Positions 25,254 through 39,163 of a stretch of DNA of 64,000 nucleotides are shown in pieces. Origin of the DNA: Epiperipatus broadwayi (taxonomy: Eukaryota > Animalia > Onychophora); contig JAQFVV010000002.1 of the NCBI GenBank assembly GCA_028023455.1, positions 12,090,001 to 12,154,000 of the forward strand, in the 5' to 3' direction. Below the pieces are notes generated by a model. It did not search any database, was not told the DNA's origin, and saw only the letters and a program-made list of their open reading frames with translations. Position 1 is the stretch's first letter. The number at the start of each line of letters is the position of its first letter. The translations under genes and the position numbers were made by a program.

Positions 25254-25296
25254 CATCAATCCAACTTTCATTCCTTAATGGAATCTTTTCAAGATG
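25254..25296 (-). ncRNA. Hammerhead-like motif, family D (U3-A8 core), stem III degraded
   Basis: CATC TTGAAAA G ATTCC ATTAA GGAAT GAAA GTTGGA T T GATG, in the 3' region of a PLE. Confidence 0.55.
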
Positions 25297-26520
25297 TTTC
25301 TTTTTACCCAATCACATGCCCAATTACCCTACAGCAACTCCCCCAATGGATCTTCTTTACATTACATTATAATAAATATAACTATTAAAATACATAAATA
25401 TAATTAGTAAAATACATATATGTATATAAAAATGATTAAACTTATTTCAGTCAATTTTTTTCTCCCATAATACATGTTTACAAATAATCTAAAAAAATAG
25501 TAATAATAATCCCTTCCTTGTATTTTTTAAATTATAATTCTAAAGGTCACAACAATCTAACAATGCCCATTTTCTCCCTAATTGTGTTGTACCTTTAACC
25601 ATACATTGGTTTAAATTTTCTTGAATATACAAAGTCCCATAACATTTTATTTCCTTGTAATTTTTAACTTACTTTATTACCTGAATATTTTTTTCACAAT
25701 TCATTTTATGTCCAGTATCTAAAAAATGTATATATGGTCCTGATCTTAGATTCTTTCTGTTAATTGCCCTATCATGCTCCTTATCACTTTCCATGGCAGT
25801 CTTTCCTGTCTGACCTGAATACATCATATTGCAAAGATTACAATTAATTTTATAAACCAACCCTATCCTATTTTTAACATTACCCATCCTTTTTGAGTTA
25901 CACATTATTTTTCCATCCTATTGTAATATCATCAGATAACTTTTCTTTTATCAATGTCTTATATAAATGCTCTGAATATGGAACTAAAATCCACTTCCTA
26001 TTTTTATACCTATGCCTTACACTATCTTTTGTATTATTATTTCTGAAAAGTTTTTTTACTATCTTTTCTTTTATATCCCATACTAACATCATCATTCTCA
26101 ATTCCAACTTCTGTTCAAATGCTTCTTTTATATTCAATGTTAATCTATTCATTTCTTAGCTTAAACCCTTTCAAAACTGCTATTTTCTGCAACCATGGCT
26201 GATATAACATTTATATCTCTTTTTAATTTATCCTTATTATAATATTTAATATGTATTTTACCATTAATTCCTTTTCTTAAAGAAATGTCCAAATACTTTA
26301 ATCCCTTCTTTTTCCATTATAAACTTAGTATTGTATTTATTATTGTCTAATTCTTTAAATGTATTAACAATACTTCTACTATTACCTATCATAATTATGT
26401 CATCAACATATCTAGAATATTCTAGAATTTCCTTAATTTTTATATACTTATCAATTCTATTTTCCTCTATATAGTCAATCATAATTCTACCTTCAATGTA
26501 ATAATAATCTTATGTAAATT
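25254..26520 (-). mobile_element. Penelope-like element: RT (YVDD), linker, GIY-YIG endonuclease and 3' region
   Basis: YSRYVDDIIMIG; ILVPYSEHL; GLVYKINCNLCNMMYSGQTGK...EH...YIHFLDTGH. Confidence 0.85.
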
Positions 26521-29500
26521 CATAACAAGACAGATAAAAGTAGGATAAAATGGAATGAGGAATAAAGATTATTACGTAATGCAGTTAACCTGAATTTAAA
26601 TATTTCTTTGAAGTTTTTTCTTTTTAGATTTAAATATGTATTGAATAATTAAATATTAAATGCTTGCTATAATTTTCTGAAATTTAGTTTAAAATAATAA
26701 TGTGACTTAAGTAATTCAAATGTGTGGATTTATCTAAAAGAGTGAAATGTTATTATATGTTGTTATTATATTTATAGAGACGTGTGATATGTGAATTTAA
26801 TATTGTTTTCATATATAATCAATATTAATAACAGGCATACATATGTTAAGTTGATAAAAATTTGAAATAAAATTCTGTTGATAACTGTGTTTTATATTGT
26901 TTTGTCTTGAGTATATAAATGCAAATGTGGTATTCCTGCTTTTAAGAGAAATAAATAATGATGCAGATGTGATATTCCTGCTCTTGTGCCAAATAAATAT
27001 AACTGCAAATGTAGTAATTCCTGCTCTCACATTAAAAGTGATGATATAAATATCATTTATATTATGATATATTCCAAACATTTTATAGGAAATTTGATAT
27101 ATGATGATTAATTTGCTATATATTTTAGTGTATTGATATGATGACATTTTATGAGCATATATATTTATGCATGCATCTGAAATACATGCAGATTTATTAA
27201 AAAGATACATATCATGATTATGATCTGCTAATGTCAAGAATCTCTGTTATAGCAACTTGATCATGCTTTAAAAGTTATGATTAGTCAAAGTATTTTTACA
27301 TAATTTTTTTCTTTGCCTCTTTATAGAAAACTGAGCATAATATAGGATAATGAGTTATAAGATTCTTTTTGATAGTAAAGTTAATATTCTTGCATATAAT
27401 ATTACAACATACTTAGCATGCATGATTCACAATTCCATGCCTAACAGGTCATTGATTTTTAATACCCATTTAAAGATCTAATTCTTATTTAAATGTATAT
27501 GAAGTAGTTAATGTACTAAGTGACATCATATGCATTCGTATTTATGTGATACACTTAATAATAATGAATATTATCATTATATAGAATGCAATCATATATA
27601 ATGATGAAGTACAACTAAAAGCTATACATTGAGTATTTTTAGAAATATAGATAAAAGCCATCTCATAAAATTATACTTTAGTAATCAAAGAAAAATTTGA
27701 GATATTTGTTTTTTATAATTTTAGGGTGCATCATAAGCTCTTCACCCACTTGTCAGTTTATTTATTTTAACTTTAGCACTATCTTAAGTGTGAATTGCTC
27801 CTTTTAGTTGTGGAATTGTTGAAATATATATATTATTATGTGTTGATAAATAAATATATTAGTTGATTTACTCTTTGTTGTTCAATTTATAAGATATTTA
27901 TTTGCCAATTGCACTGTATATATGTCCATTGAAAAAATACATATATATATAAACTAACTAAAGAAAATATATTCAAAATGAAAAGAAACAAAATTACTTA
28001 CACGTGAAACTACTATTTTTAATATTTCAACTAGAGGACTGGTTTTCCTCAGAAAGAAATACAGTAAAATATCAATGTTTAAAAATTACATGTTATATGT
28101 AACATATTTGCAAAAAAAACTATTGATTAAAAAATTATACCCAAGAAAATCTAACCACTCAATGACTTAATTTATTGTAGAGTACATTACATAAAACCTA
28201 TATTATCTTATTAGTCAACCTCACAAGTGTTAATATATAAAATACACTGTTTTACTGTAATGGAGCCTCTATTCCTACAAAAAAAAAAGACTTTTTTTTT
28301 ATATCAATTTGCTCAATATTCTTTTGCTAAAACTATTTATTTATCTATGATGAATAAAAATGTGCAATAAAAAGATTTTTTAAATTAATATAACTCTTTG
28401 GATTTAATGGTCTTAAAGAAAATAAGAAACAAATGAACCAATATTAATTTCTAATATTACATTCTTGCCAATTTTCTAACACCATTAGAACTTTATACAA
28501 AATTTATGTAAAAAAAAACTTTCTTTTACAAGAAAAATGCAGAAATTAATAGACCTAAATTTCAATAAAATGTTGATCAAATCTTTCACTATGATGTCAC
28601 ATTATTAAATTAAGTCTTGATTGCTTATTAATTTTTAACTAGTTAAAGAACATATATAATATTTAATTTACTAATTCTTTGAAAATTCATCCTTTATTTT
28701 TTATATATATAATATTCTTAACAATTAGGTAGATTCAATAATGATAAAAAATATATATTATACAAATATTGAAAACATCCTAAGTTGCATGAAAATTATA
28801 CAAGAGACTCCACAAATGAACATATACATATATATTATACAATAAAATTTTCATAATATTATTCACAGACTTATTTAATCATATACATAAGTTGAAAATG
28901 TCTGCAGTTAGATGCATTATAAAAGAAAAATACTAAGAATGATCTACCCATTAAATACAAATGACAGGAAGAACATACAAAAAGTTAAACAAAAAACTTA
29001 ATAATAGCTCTGCACATTTTAGTCAAATTATTACAAATTATTTAATATTACATAGATTTAACATCTGAACTCTGGAAGAATTTTAGTAAGATTATTTTTA
29101 TTTGATTATTACTTAAACATGTCAAAAATATATTTAAAATGTATTTTTGTTAAATGAAGTTTCTTATAAAGACTTCATCCTATTTTGTGTTTTGTACCAC
29201 TAACAATAATGAACAGATTGTTTCAAAGTGATCAGTTAAATTTGAAGTCTGTAAAAGTTAACAATAATTACTTTACTTTAAAATATATCAACAATTTTTA
29301 TTTTAACATTTCATAGTTTAATAATAAGATTTAAATAAAAATCTCTATTTTTAATAATAAATTTCATTTGTATCTGCTAAAAGTTTGTTATATGTGTCTA
29401 ACAACTAAAAATAATATTTTAAATAACTTCTTTTTAATGTTAAATCAAAAAATACAAGAACATTTATTTTTCAATCAAATACTTTAAAGCAAATCACAGG

Positions 29501-29676
29501 AGTCAAACAATGTGATCAAAAACGTTCAATGGCTCTTATCTTTTAAAAGCTTAATCATGTAGAAAATATCACCTAATCAAAAAACTAAGTGTAATATCTA
29601 AATAAATAAACAAAGATTTTGTAAAAAGTCTGTGTCAACTTTTTTCCTTATAGAATAAAAAGTGTTTTCTTTATAG

Positions 29677-29726
29677 GTTATAACATAGGCACAGATGAGG
29701 AAAATATGTTGCTAAAACAGCAATAT
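29677..29726 (+). CDS. Candidate coding exon (50 nt), protein unidentified
   Basis: GTGTTTTCTTTATAG acceptor, GTAAGC donor, frame xYNIGTDEENMLLKQQY. Confidence 0.3.
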
Positions 29727-30535
29727 GTAAGCTGAAGTCATGTGACAGACATGTGATATTTTATTGATTCACAAATTCAAATTAATCAATAAAATATCAT
29801 TCTATGAAATTAACTAATTTTTTTTTAATCTCATTTTTTGTAAGTAAAAATATAACTTATGATATAAAAAAAAGAGAAAAGTGTACCTCTATCTACCCAT
29901 CTCAATGTCCTAGTCTTTGAACCTAATCTTAGAATTTTTTTCAGAGAATTTCTCAAACTAGCTTTGTATTTTTATCAGGAAGTTCCATAGTTAAACAATC
30001 TAATCATCTAATGATTGGTCAGTAAATGAGTATTTATCTGTTGTTGTGTAAAGAAAAAAAACTTTTTCATCATTCGGCAATTAAAGTGCTCATAAGTGAT
30101 AATATTTTCTTCACTGTTTCTGTATGGAAGAGATCTTTGCATATTAATGGCTATTTAAGACTGTTTTATTTTTATGTAAAAAAAGTATTAGTATCATTAG
30201 TGCTTGATCATAATGCCTTTATCATCAAACTTTTTGGAGTCATAAAACCTGCTTCAATCAGATTATTTAACTTGTATGTATATATATTGTTCAATTTCTC
30301 AACTATATTAACGATATTAAAATGAAAAGTAGTAGAAACAAAATTGTACTGAGGCAAAATAGTAAAAACTTTCATTGTGGTTAATGTTTCATAAGTATGA
30401 ATATAGGCTTAGTGCTATTATATGACTAAATATTAAAATATTTTTCATTCTTTTCTTTTTGTTTACATAGAAAAATAAATGTAAAAGTCAATACTTTTTC
30501 ATGAATAATATATATATTTAAATTCAGTTTTAAAT

Positions 30536-30787
30536 ATTTGTCTGAAGGTTTGTGATGATGGTACATTATTAGGTATGATATGTTGGACTATTTCCATCAT
30601 CTATGAGTGAATGTTGAATGTATAGAAAATTCTAAACTTTATTTAAACTTTCCAAATACAAACAACTTGTCTATTTGTGTATTATTACTAACAAGTTGTT
30701 TGTATTTGGAAAGTTTAAATAAAATTTAAAATTTTCTATACATTCAACATTCATTCATAGACGATGGAAATAGTCCAACATATCACA
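30536..30787. mobile_element. Foldback insertion (~95 bp arms, 20 nt loop, ~40 bp left tail), PLE-type architecture
   Basis: Arms 30576-30670 and 30691-30785; TSD TCAGTTTTAAAT at 30524-30535 and 30788-30799. Confidence 0.85.
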
Positions 30788-31494
30788 TCAGTTTTAAATG
30801 ATTCATATAATTTATTATACAATATTGAAAGAACAATTTCATTAAAGAATAAATGTTCAAAAATACATTGATGAACCATGATTTTAGTGTATGATACTTC
30901 TATCTCCACCAATCAAAAAAGCATCATATTACAATAGTACCTTCATTCTATGGTTAGGACATAAACATTTATCAGAATAATCCAGATTATCTGAGCAGCT
31001 ACACAGTTGTGAGGCTTACGATTGATTACTTGAAAAAATGCTAAAAATTGTTTTTAAAAAATCATAGCTATTTGAAAATATTAAATAAGAAAATATTTTT
31101 TTTAACAAAATCCATAATATTTTTAAGTGATTGCATAATGATATCATAAGAATATGTTATAACATAGATCTGAATATTATGATGTTAGAATACATTTACA
31201 AACTACCCCAAACAATATAATCAAGCATAATTGAATATAGTACCATATTACATAGTTTACACTAATTGGTTTCAGAAACAAAATATTTTATAAAATACAA
31301 TATCGTTACATGGTATAAGCATAGTTATTATACAATATATACATAGTATAATGTACTCATTAATGACTAAAAATTAATTGGTCTTATTTCTGTTTTAAAA
31401 AAAAGAAAAAACTCTTTCCTACTCTTAATATAATTATAAATATGCGACTATTTTTTGCATATGTTAGTGAAGCTATAATTATACTATAATGTGT

Positions 31495-31960
31495 AATATG
31501 TCATCTTAGCGCTTTCGAGATTTAATGTTCAAATCTCATACTCATAGCTTTACAAATGAAGACTGTTGTCATTTATTGTACACATATGCAAATGAGTTTG
31601 AATTTTTAATTAGTTAGTTCATTGTTTGGAGAGAGCAAAGCATGCCTCTCTTCTATTAATGGCACTGAGATCATTTGTTATGTAAAAAGCTTTTTTGACT
31701 TTTCTTTTGGCATCATTCTTCTCTGTGCAAATTATTTGGGCAGAAATGGGTTTGAACACATGGCCTGTAGCCACTTGGTGGTCCCAGAGACTAATGTTCC
31801 TTCATTTTTATTTTTAACCTTGTTGTATGCATACTTGTGTTGGTAAATTCTTGTATTGAGGTTAGCCCGAGTCTTGCCGTAGTAAGATGCCTGGCAGCCT
31901 AATTGAGGGCATGCCATTTTAGAGACCACATTAGGGGCTTGATCTTTATCTATTTTAATA
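31495..31960 (-). mobile_element. Penelope-like element 3' fragment (GIY-YIG, frameshifted) with HHR
   Basis: ACPQLGCQASYYGKTRANLNTRIYQHKY and IICTEKNDAKRKVKKAFYI...AINRREACF; homologous to ORF 49142-49561. Confidence 0.85.
31503..31550 (-). ncRNA. Hammerhead ribozyme, family C (A3-U8 core)
   Basis: AAGCT ATGAGTA T GAGATTT GAACATT AAATCTC GAAA GCGC T A AGATG; 7 bp stem II, palindromic stem III AGCGCT. Confidence 0.7.
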
Positions 31961-32344
31961 TACTCTTAATATACTAATTTTGACATTTTATTCCCAATTT
32001 TGAAACTGTTTTGATTGAAATAAATTGGTTGTATATCAAATTTATACCAAGTTCAATTTGATCACTCAGATTATTTTGTGTTGCTACAATAATATGCTTG
32101 TGTTTGTTCCAATAAATCATTTCTACAATGGTATTTTCAACATTTTAAAACTTTCTTCAAAAAGGGTTTTTTTTTTTTTTTTTACTTTAGTCAAAAATTA
32201 AATAAAAATTCACAATTTCTACAAGTCAGACATTTTCTCCATGAAAAAAAAATCACCAAATATACAAATAAATAAGGTTTTACTTCAATGATATATAAAT
32301 ATCTATAAGTGCTTTGTGCATAGATAATGAAGCTTTAAATTTAA

Positions 32345-32640
32345 TTGTATATTAAGCTAAGCGCTTTCGGGAGATATATTCATAGTAGGCATGTAATGAG
32401 AAAGAATCCATAGTGTATATGATATGCAAATATATGTAAATTTGAGTGCAGCATTTACAATGTCCATTTTTTTGATATGAAGAAGCACGTTTCTTTTCCG
32501 TAAATTGCTGTAGGATCACTTACTATGTAGCAAGCCTCTTTAACCTTGCATTTTGCATTGTTTCTCTATTAAAGATAAAAAGTGTGGCAGGTGTTTTATA
32601 ATATACTCATATTACTGCTATAAAATTCCAGCTATACAAT
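32345..32640 (-). mobile_element. Second Penelope-like 3' fragment with a partly deleted family C HHR (32354-32387)
   Basis: NAKCKVKEACYIVSDPTAIYGKETCFFISKK/WTL*; TACT ATGAATA TATCTCCC GAAA GCGC T T AGCTT. Confidence 0.75.
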
Positions 32641-32829
32641 TCCAATAATCAATATAAGCATACATCAACTATTCATAAATGAGTGTGGCTCTTCTAATAC
32701 AAAAAAAAAGAGAAAAAAAACTGCTCTAAAAATGAGTTTTGCAATGACAATACAAACCAATTTGTATACCATAAATATGTTATATACAGAACATGCTGGT
32801 CCACTTTTTCTGTTTGATATTTTATAATG

Positions 32830-33200
32830 TTATTTTTTAATTTCTTCATCACAAAACATTTCTTTCTGAAATACTTCAACATATCTAATTGTAGTTCTCC
32901 AATATATTTTATTCTTTTCTGCCGTATCTTCTCAATGGAACAATCAACATTGCATCTCTTCAAAATATTTATGAGATAATCTTTATAACATAAATTAGAT
33001 CCATCTCTCCCACAACATCATGCTTATGTTCACTATAAAACATCTTTTTGAGAAGTCTTATATCATTCATTTTTCAATGAAGATACAATTTTACTATAGT
33101 GAACTTTATTATATCACATTCAGCAAGTTGAAAAACGTATTGATTGGCTTTATGATCTTGTAATTCTAATTAATGATTAAAAGCATTTCCATATTAAAAG
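32830..33200 (-). mobile_element. RTE-type LINE 3' coding fragment
   Basis: KMNDIRLLKKMFYSE...CYKDYLINILKRCNVD resembles RM.D.RLPKK.FYSEL...RYKD.LK..LK.C.ID. Confidence 0.65.
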
Positions 33201-33457
33201 AACAGCAACTTTTGAAAATATTTTATTAATATTTTCTGTTGTGCTGTTATTATATTTAGTTCAACGGGAAAAAGTAATATTGTATAGCCAATTTTATACA
33301 AGTGCTAGCAATTGAACTTTTAAATTTATCTTCTTAAAATTATATCTTGCTGTTATTTTTAAAAAAAGGAAAACATAAAAATAAATTCACAACCTTATGA
33401 AAATCATGATGACCAACTGCTAATAATAATATTTTTGATATGATAGTTGTAACTTAC

Positions 33458-33542
33458 ACCCCATGTGGCCGCAAGAGGCACTGTTTCCATGTCAACCACA
33501 GAAATATTCAGAGTAGGGGGCCAAAAACAGCGATGCAAGTAC
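33458..33542 (-). CDS. Candidate coding exon (85 nt), protein unidentified
   Basis: Locally GC-rich with CpGs retained; AAG acceptor and GTAAGT donor; frame YLHRCFWPPTLNISVVDMETVPLAATWG; plus-strand frames are also partly open. Confidence 0.35.
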
Positions 33543-34995
33543 CTTTGATATTTTCATAAATAAAAGACATATTTAATTAGTTTAAAGATCTATAAATTAT
33601 CAAATAATTATTGACTTCAAAATTGTTTTCTATTCTCGTTATTGGTGATTAAGACAAACTATTGAGAGATAAGATTAAGTGATCAAATTATAAATTTTTA
33701 TAATTCATATGAATAATTTTCTCAGTAAGTTATATAATGTTTAAGTATCACTAGTGGAAAATTGAACAATACAGTTCCATTCAAAAACTAATATGATATA
33801 AGATTATGATCAAATTTGAACTTTTTATAAATTTGATTAGTTACCCAAGAGGTCACATGCTGTTTAAGCATTTCTAGTGGCAAAGTGATTTCTTTATTTG
33901 TTTTTCAGCTGAAAAAACTATCAGAAAATTTTGCCCTCACCACTGTTCTAAACTCAAAATTTTGAAATAGAATATTATAATGGTTTAATATATGTAATAA
34001 ATAAATTAATATTTATGGCATATTTTTAATTAAAGCTTTAAGAAGTACATATATCAAACAATAATTCAAATATTTAAACTGACTCGATATTATAATTATT
34101 ATGAAATCATCTGAATTTAAGTTTTGTATATAACTCTCCTCAGAAATAAAAATATAATACTGAATATTAATATTAATTTGATAAATTAAAATTACCAAAA
34201 TTATAAAAAATAATTTTATTTAAAAGAGAACTAGAAAATTCCTAGATAAATTCAAACTGCCATTTAAAAAAAAGGTCTCAATATGATCATTGGAATGAAA
34301 TCGTGTTCCGACCAATATAAGATTCTTCATATGTATATATTAAGTTTAAATTCATCAAATGTACTTTAAAATCACATTGCAGGCAAATTTATTCTGGCTG
34401 TCAAAAAATATTAACAATTAACTACATAATCTCCATTGATACCGTAAGCACAAAAAAAAAATAACAAGAATAAATAATACAGCATAAACAAAACAATCCA
34501 AAAATATCTTGTTTGAAATTATTTTTACTCCTGTATAAATGAATCAACATTCATAAACTTGGGGAGAAAATAATAAAAATAAAGTCCATCATCAGATCCA
34601 TATATATATATATCCTTCTCCCTCTCTCCTGCTCACCCTCTCCCTCCCCCCCCTCTCTCTCTCTTTAAAAGCAAGAACGCTAGATTGACTAAAAAAATAT
34701 CATATGGAGAATAGAAGAAGTATTAAGAAGTTTAAATAAAATCAAACTTAAAAAAAAATATACAGGCTTGATATTTTATCAAATTAGATCTTAACTTTTA
34801 CTTAATGGTGTAAATAACCAAATTATAATTCTCTTACTTTAGTCATATTATAATTGAATTTATGAAAAAATATATAAAACTCAAAATGTTATCACAATTA
34901 AAGAGCCAGAAAAATATGCTTAAAAAATACTATTCATAGTTATACCAAGTATAAGACTAATAGTAATATTTTGTTAGGTTGTTATTTTAAACACA

Positions 34996-35240
34996 TTGAA
35001 AGTGGAGTTGGGCTGGACATATTGCTAGAAGAGATGATAATAGATGGATAATAGAAATCTTAAACTAGATTCCAAAAGACTGTAAAAGACCCAGAAAGAA
35101 ACCACATGTGAGATAGATGGATGAAATAAGAAAGTGTGCAGGGGTTATGTGGAGAAGAGAAGCTAAAGAATGGAGATGGATTGACCTTGGAGAGACTTTC
35201 ATCCTGCAGTAGATTTATAATGATTGATGATGATGATGTA
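34996..35240 (+). mobile_element. RTE LINE 3' end with (GAT)n tail
   Basis: LKWSWAGHIARRDDNRWI...KRPRKKPHVR*MDEIRK...LGETFILQ* followed by TGATGATGATGATG. Confidence 0.9.
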
Positions 35241-35804
35241 TCAAAAAAATTTAAGTGGTATCTATTTAAAAGAATAAACATGTATCTTTAAAGAAATGCA
35301 AAATCCTCTTCAAAAAGCAAGCATTCACACAAAAATATAAGTTTTCTATTACCTGAATAAAATTTTAAGTGTGTCAAAAATGAAAAGTGTATTTTTCTGT
35401 CTCATGATAATATCAGAGTTACTGCATTATAATTAAAATAATAATAATAGTTGAATAATTATTGTCTAAGAGTTCATAAGAAGATCAAGCACTGGAAGTG
35501 ATAAAACTAGACCATGATCCATAAACCTTAAGTTTCAGGATCCAGCAGTCTATTACTATATACCAAACAATTTATTTATAATGAATCAAGAAGATTATAA
35601 GTATGCCTCTATTTATTTAATCTTCATTTGCATAAATTTGAATTTATAAAAACAATCCCAGCATATATAAAATGCAAAACATTTTAAAAAGTGGAGGTTA
35701 ATCCTTCATTTATTGTGGTTTTATATCATGTGGATATATTTTAATGCTTATTTTCACTTGTTAAAAATATTTTTATATTTTCTACTATGCCTAATGGCAA
35801 ACAT

Positions 35805-36087
35805 TAAAATGGGCAAAACTCTCCATACAGTAGTGCCACTCAGTGCAATCCAGAGTAATCAATGGATGCCAGAAGGCTTGTGCATAAAATCCCTATCTAG
35901 TGCCTACTCATCCAATATCCCCAGACTAGTTTCTAGCTTGTGGCTTACATCAGTGAGAAGCCTTGGATCTGAGAGCACTGCATCCATTGATTCCTCTTGC
36001 TTGCATTGAGTGTCACTACTGTATAGAGAGTTTTGCCTGTTTTAATAACAGTTATGAGCAAGCATAAGAAAATGTGATCATGTGATG
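35805..36087. mobile_element. Family A insertion (forward arm with HHR at 35910-35968 minus, then an inverted arm with tail)
   Basis: TSD TAATGGCAAACAT at 35792-35804 and 36088-36100; HHR ATCCAA GGC TTCTCA CTGATGT A AGC CACAA GCT A GAAA CTAG TC TGGGGA TA TTGGAT. Confidence 0.85.
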
Positions 36088-36916
36088 TAATGGCAAACAT
36101 GCTGCTAAAAATAAAAGTTCAATTTATGTAAAATTCAGCTTATCCAAATAGTCATGGAAAGAATCATTTATCTAAATAGAGGATTGTCTGTTCAGTAGAG
36201 CAATTTTTGATAAATGTTTCAACAAACAAATGATGTTTTTTTTTTCGATACTACACTTTGCAAAGATATTTTGTGGATTAAATAAATATCTATTATTAAA
36301 CAGAAAATTATACTGCAGTGATGAGCATACCTATTTAAGTAAGATTTGGATTATGTGAATCATGTAAAGTTTATTAAGTCACAAGTAGGCTTAGATCTTT
36401 TTTTTTCAGGTAATCAGACATAGTTAATCAGCTGGGGATTAAATATTAGTTACTAAATATGTGTACAATTATTATTATGTAAAGACTAATGATTAAACGT
36501 GAATTGGTTTGATACACCTCAATATGCTGATTGTAATAACAAAAATGCAATTGCAGTGCTATGCAGTCTTCATTAATGATGGTGGGGAACAATATCCAAA
36601 TCCATGTGGTATTTAAAAAATGTTTAGTATAGATAAAACAACTGCTATAAAAATATTTTAGAATGCTGGTTATTGTTGTATTTTTAGGCAACAATAAAGA
36701 CAAATATTTTTAACAAAAAAAACAACAACAAATTTTCAATAGACACAATAGTTTAAACATCAATAATACAAAATGTTTTAAAATCTAGACAAAATTATGA
36801 GGAGATACTTAAAATGTTCATAATTCAAACTTTATTACTATTTTTTTTATATAATATTAAATAAAACAATAGATTTATCTAAAAATAATAATAATCACAA
36901 CACAATAAATAAATTA

Positions 36917-37340
36917 TATATAAGGGATTTGAACTCAGACTTTCATACGACTCTCAACTCTCCATGCCATCTCATATTGCTGACTCACCTGATCACACAC
37001 ATGTTGAAAAGATAAGTAATCACCAATACATGTATTTCATGCTAAACTAGCACTCATCAGTTGGTCCAGATTACCATCTCCACACATATATACAATCAGT
37101 GCTCAGCTTTATAATGAATAGCCAATTTTATACTTTAAAGAACAGGCTTCAAATTGATGAGTGCTGGTTTAGACAAAATATCTATATTGGTGATTACTTA
37201 TTTTTTCAACATGTGTGTGATCAGGTGGGTCAACAACATGAGATGGCATGGAGAGTTGAGAGTCATGTGAAAGTCTGAGTTCAAATCCCTTATATATATG
37301 TGCAGGTGTGTGCAAGCCTGTACAGTGTATTAAGTTACAT
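36917..37340. mobile_element. Family B foldback insertion with an HHR in each arm and a ~45 bp right tail
   Basis: Arms about 36917-37064 and 37150-37296; TSD AATAAATAAATTA at 36904-36916 and 37341-37353. Confidence 0.85.
37016..37074 (-). ncRNA. Hammerhead ribozyme, family B (intact core; degraded partner at about 37149-37200 plus)
   Basis: GTAATC TGGA CCAA CTGATGA GTGCT AGTTT AGCAT GAAA TACATG T A TTGG T GATTAC. Confidence 0.8.
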
Positions 37341-38781
37341 AATAAATAAATTAATAGATACAATTCCCTGACTGACATGTTTTTATTTTGTCTTCTTGCA
37401 TTGTCACTTTGAAATTTGTAGCTTTCATTTTTTTCCTAAAAAATACAATCTGGGGGGAATAATTAAAATACTTGATTTATTAACTTCTTTAAATATATTT
37501 TGTTTGATCTACAGTTATATAAATGTTACTAAAGAGTAGTAGAAATCTTATTTTTTAAAAAAGAGGAGCAAAAAATAACTTTAATTACTAAAGAAATAGA
37601 AATGCAGCAAGAGAAAATATCAAATACACACTACAAAAACTCACAAAAAAATAGTACACAAAATTAAAACATATATATAATTGATCACACACTGCTCCCA
37701 TCACTTTACAACAAACTGCCATTCCATGAAGAGGGACTTTATGTGTTCAATACCAATGATTTGGACACAATCTCTAATTTTATAATAAATTGTTTAATAT
37801 TTATGTTTAACAAGATAGATTAGCATAGTCATAGAATTTCCAATGCTATTTCTTATGAACAATAATCCATACTTCTTTCCAAAGGCATTTGAATTAGACT
37901 GAAAAAACAGGCATTTCTTATGCATCAGCACTTCATCTGACAGGTCACAATTTTCTCCTCTAGAAATTCATAAAGAGTCAAACAAACTCAACACACTTTC
38001 ACTTTTGACTCAACAACTCATGACTCAACTTATAAACACAACTCTTATGGTACTGACTGCTTCAAAAAAACAAAAAAAAATGCTCACCTAAACTTCATCA
38101 TAATAATAATGCATAGTATTGAAATAAAAAACTAGATGACTCCATAAAATCTTCCTATACATATTAACATCTCACAAAATATGACTGCCTATCTTTTTGA
38201 TTATTGTTAACAAGAATTATTTTTTCTATTTATTAGTTAATGGTTAGAAATTGTAAGCATTGTAAAAACCAAATCATTATTTAAAATATCTGCATTATTA
38301 GCTACATCAATTTAAGAATGACAATTAAAAAGATAAACCATTAAATTATCTTTTTTCACCTAATTGCACTGAGAATTACAGCTGCTACCTTGGTACAAGA
38401 TTAATATGAACTCATTTGATAGTTTAACTTTCATCAACAAATAAAACAAGTTTTGATGACAAGTTTAGTTAAAACAAATATTTATTTATTACAAAATAAA
38501 TATAAATAATTATGATTATTATATAAATAACAATTTATTGCATTAATATAGAGAAAAATAATTTTAGAAGTAATAAACAAAAAATATTTATTAATACTGC
38601 TATTAAAAATTACAAAAAACTTTATTGGAAGATCTTTGGAGAGAACACAAACAGACCAACTTTTTTTCACTCTTCTGCAGCCACATGTAGTGTTATTTTG
38701 CCAGTTTTTCATTCATTTTAATAATAGAAAATATGTAAATGAAATATTTATTTTATATAGTGATATGTTTTATAAATTGTA

Positions 38782-39163
38782 ATATTAATAATCAGCCATT
38801 AAGCTAATGCACATGCACTTTGTGGATTTTTAACTATAAATGAATACTCTCACTTCCAAACACAAGATAAAGTCTTTGTGAAAAAATAGAATGAATCCAT
38901 CTATCATTTCAACTCAAACGTTTATGTATGGGCAAATCTTAAGCATAGTAAAAGTAATTTAAAGTGATCGAATAACATCTTCACGCTCTCATTTCCAAAT
39001 GCTTAAGATTTGTCCATACATAAATGTTTCGGTCAAAAAGATAGATGGATTCATTCTATATTTTCACAAAGACTTTATCTTGTGTTTGGAAGTGAGAGTA
39101 TTCATTTATAATTAAAAATCCACAAAGCGCATGTGCATTAGCTTAATGGCTGATTATTAATAT
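38782..39163. repeat. Near-perfect long palindrome (~165 bp arms, 52 nt spacer)
   Basis: 38782-38946 is the reverse complement of 38999-39163 with few mismatches. Confidence 0.95.

Noticed and set aside
34255-34335. CpG-containing stretch reading LVGTRFHSNDHIETFF, faintly like a mariner C-terminus or an exon
   Set aside because: Too short, with no further transposase motifs and no good splice donor.
35805-36087. Family A as a DNA-transposon MITE with terminal inverted repeats
   Set aside because: Arm lengths vary, one arm has an extra tail, TSD length varies from 10 to 16 bp and tandem units occur, all of which fit retro-integration better.
37690-37975. Minus-strand frame of about 55 open codons (GENCDLSDEVLMHKKC...)
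   Set aside because: No start, splice signals or recognisable domain.
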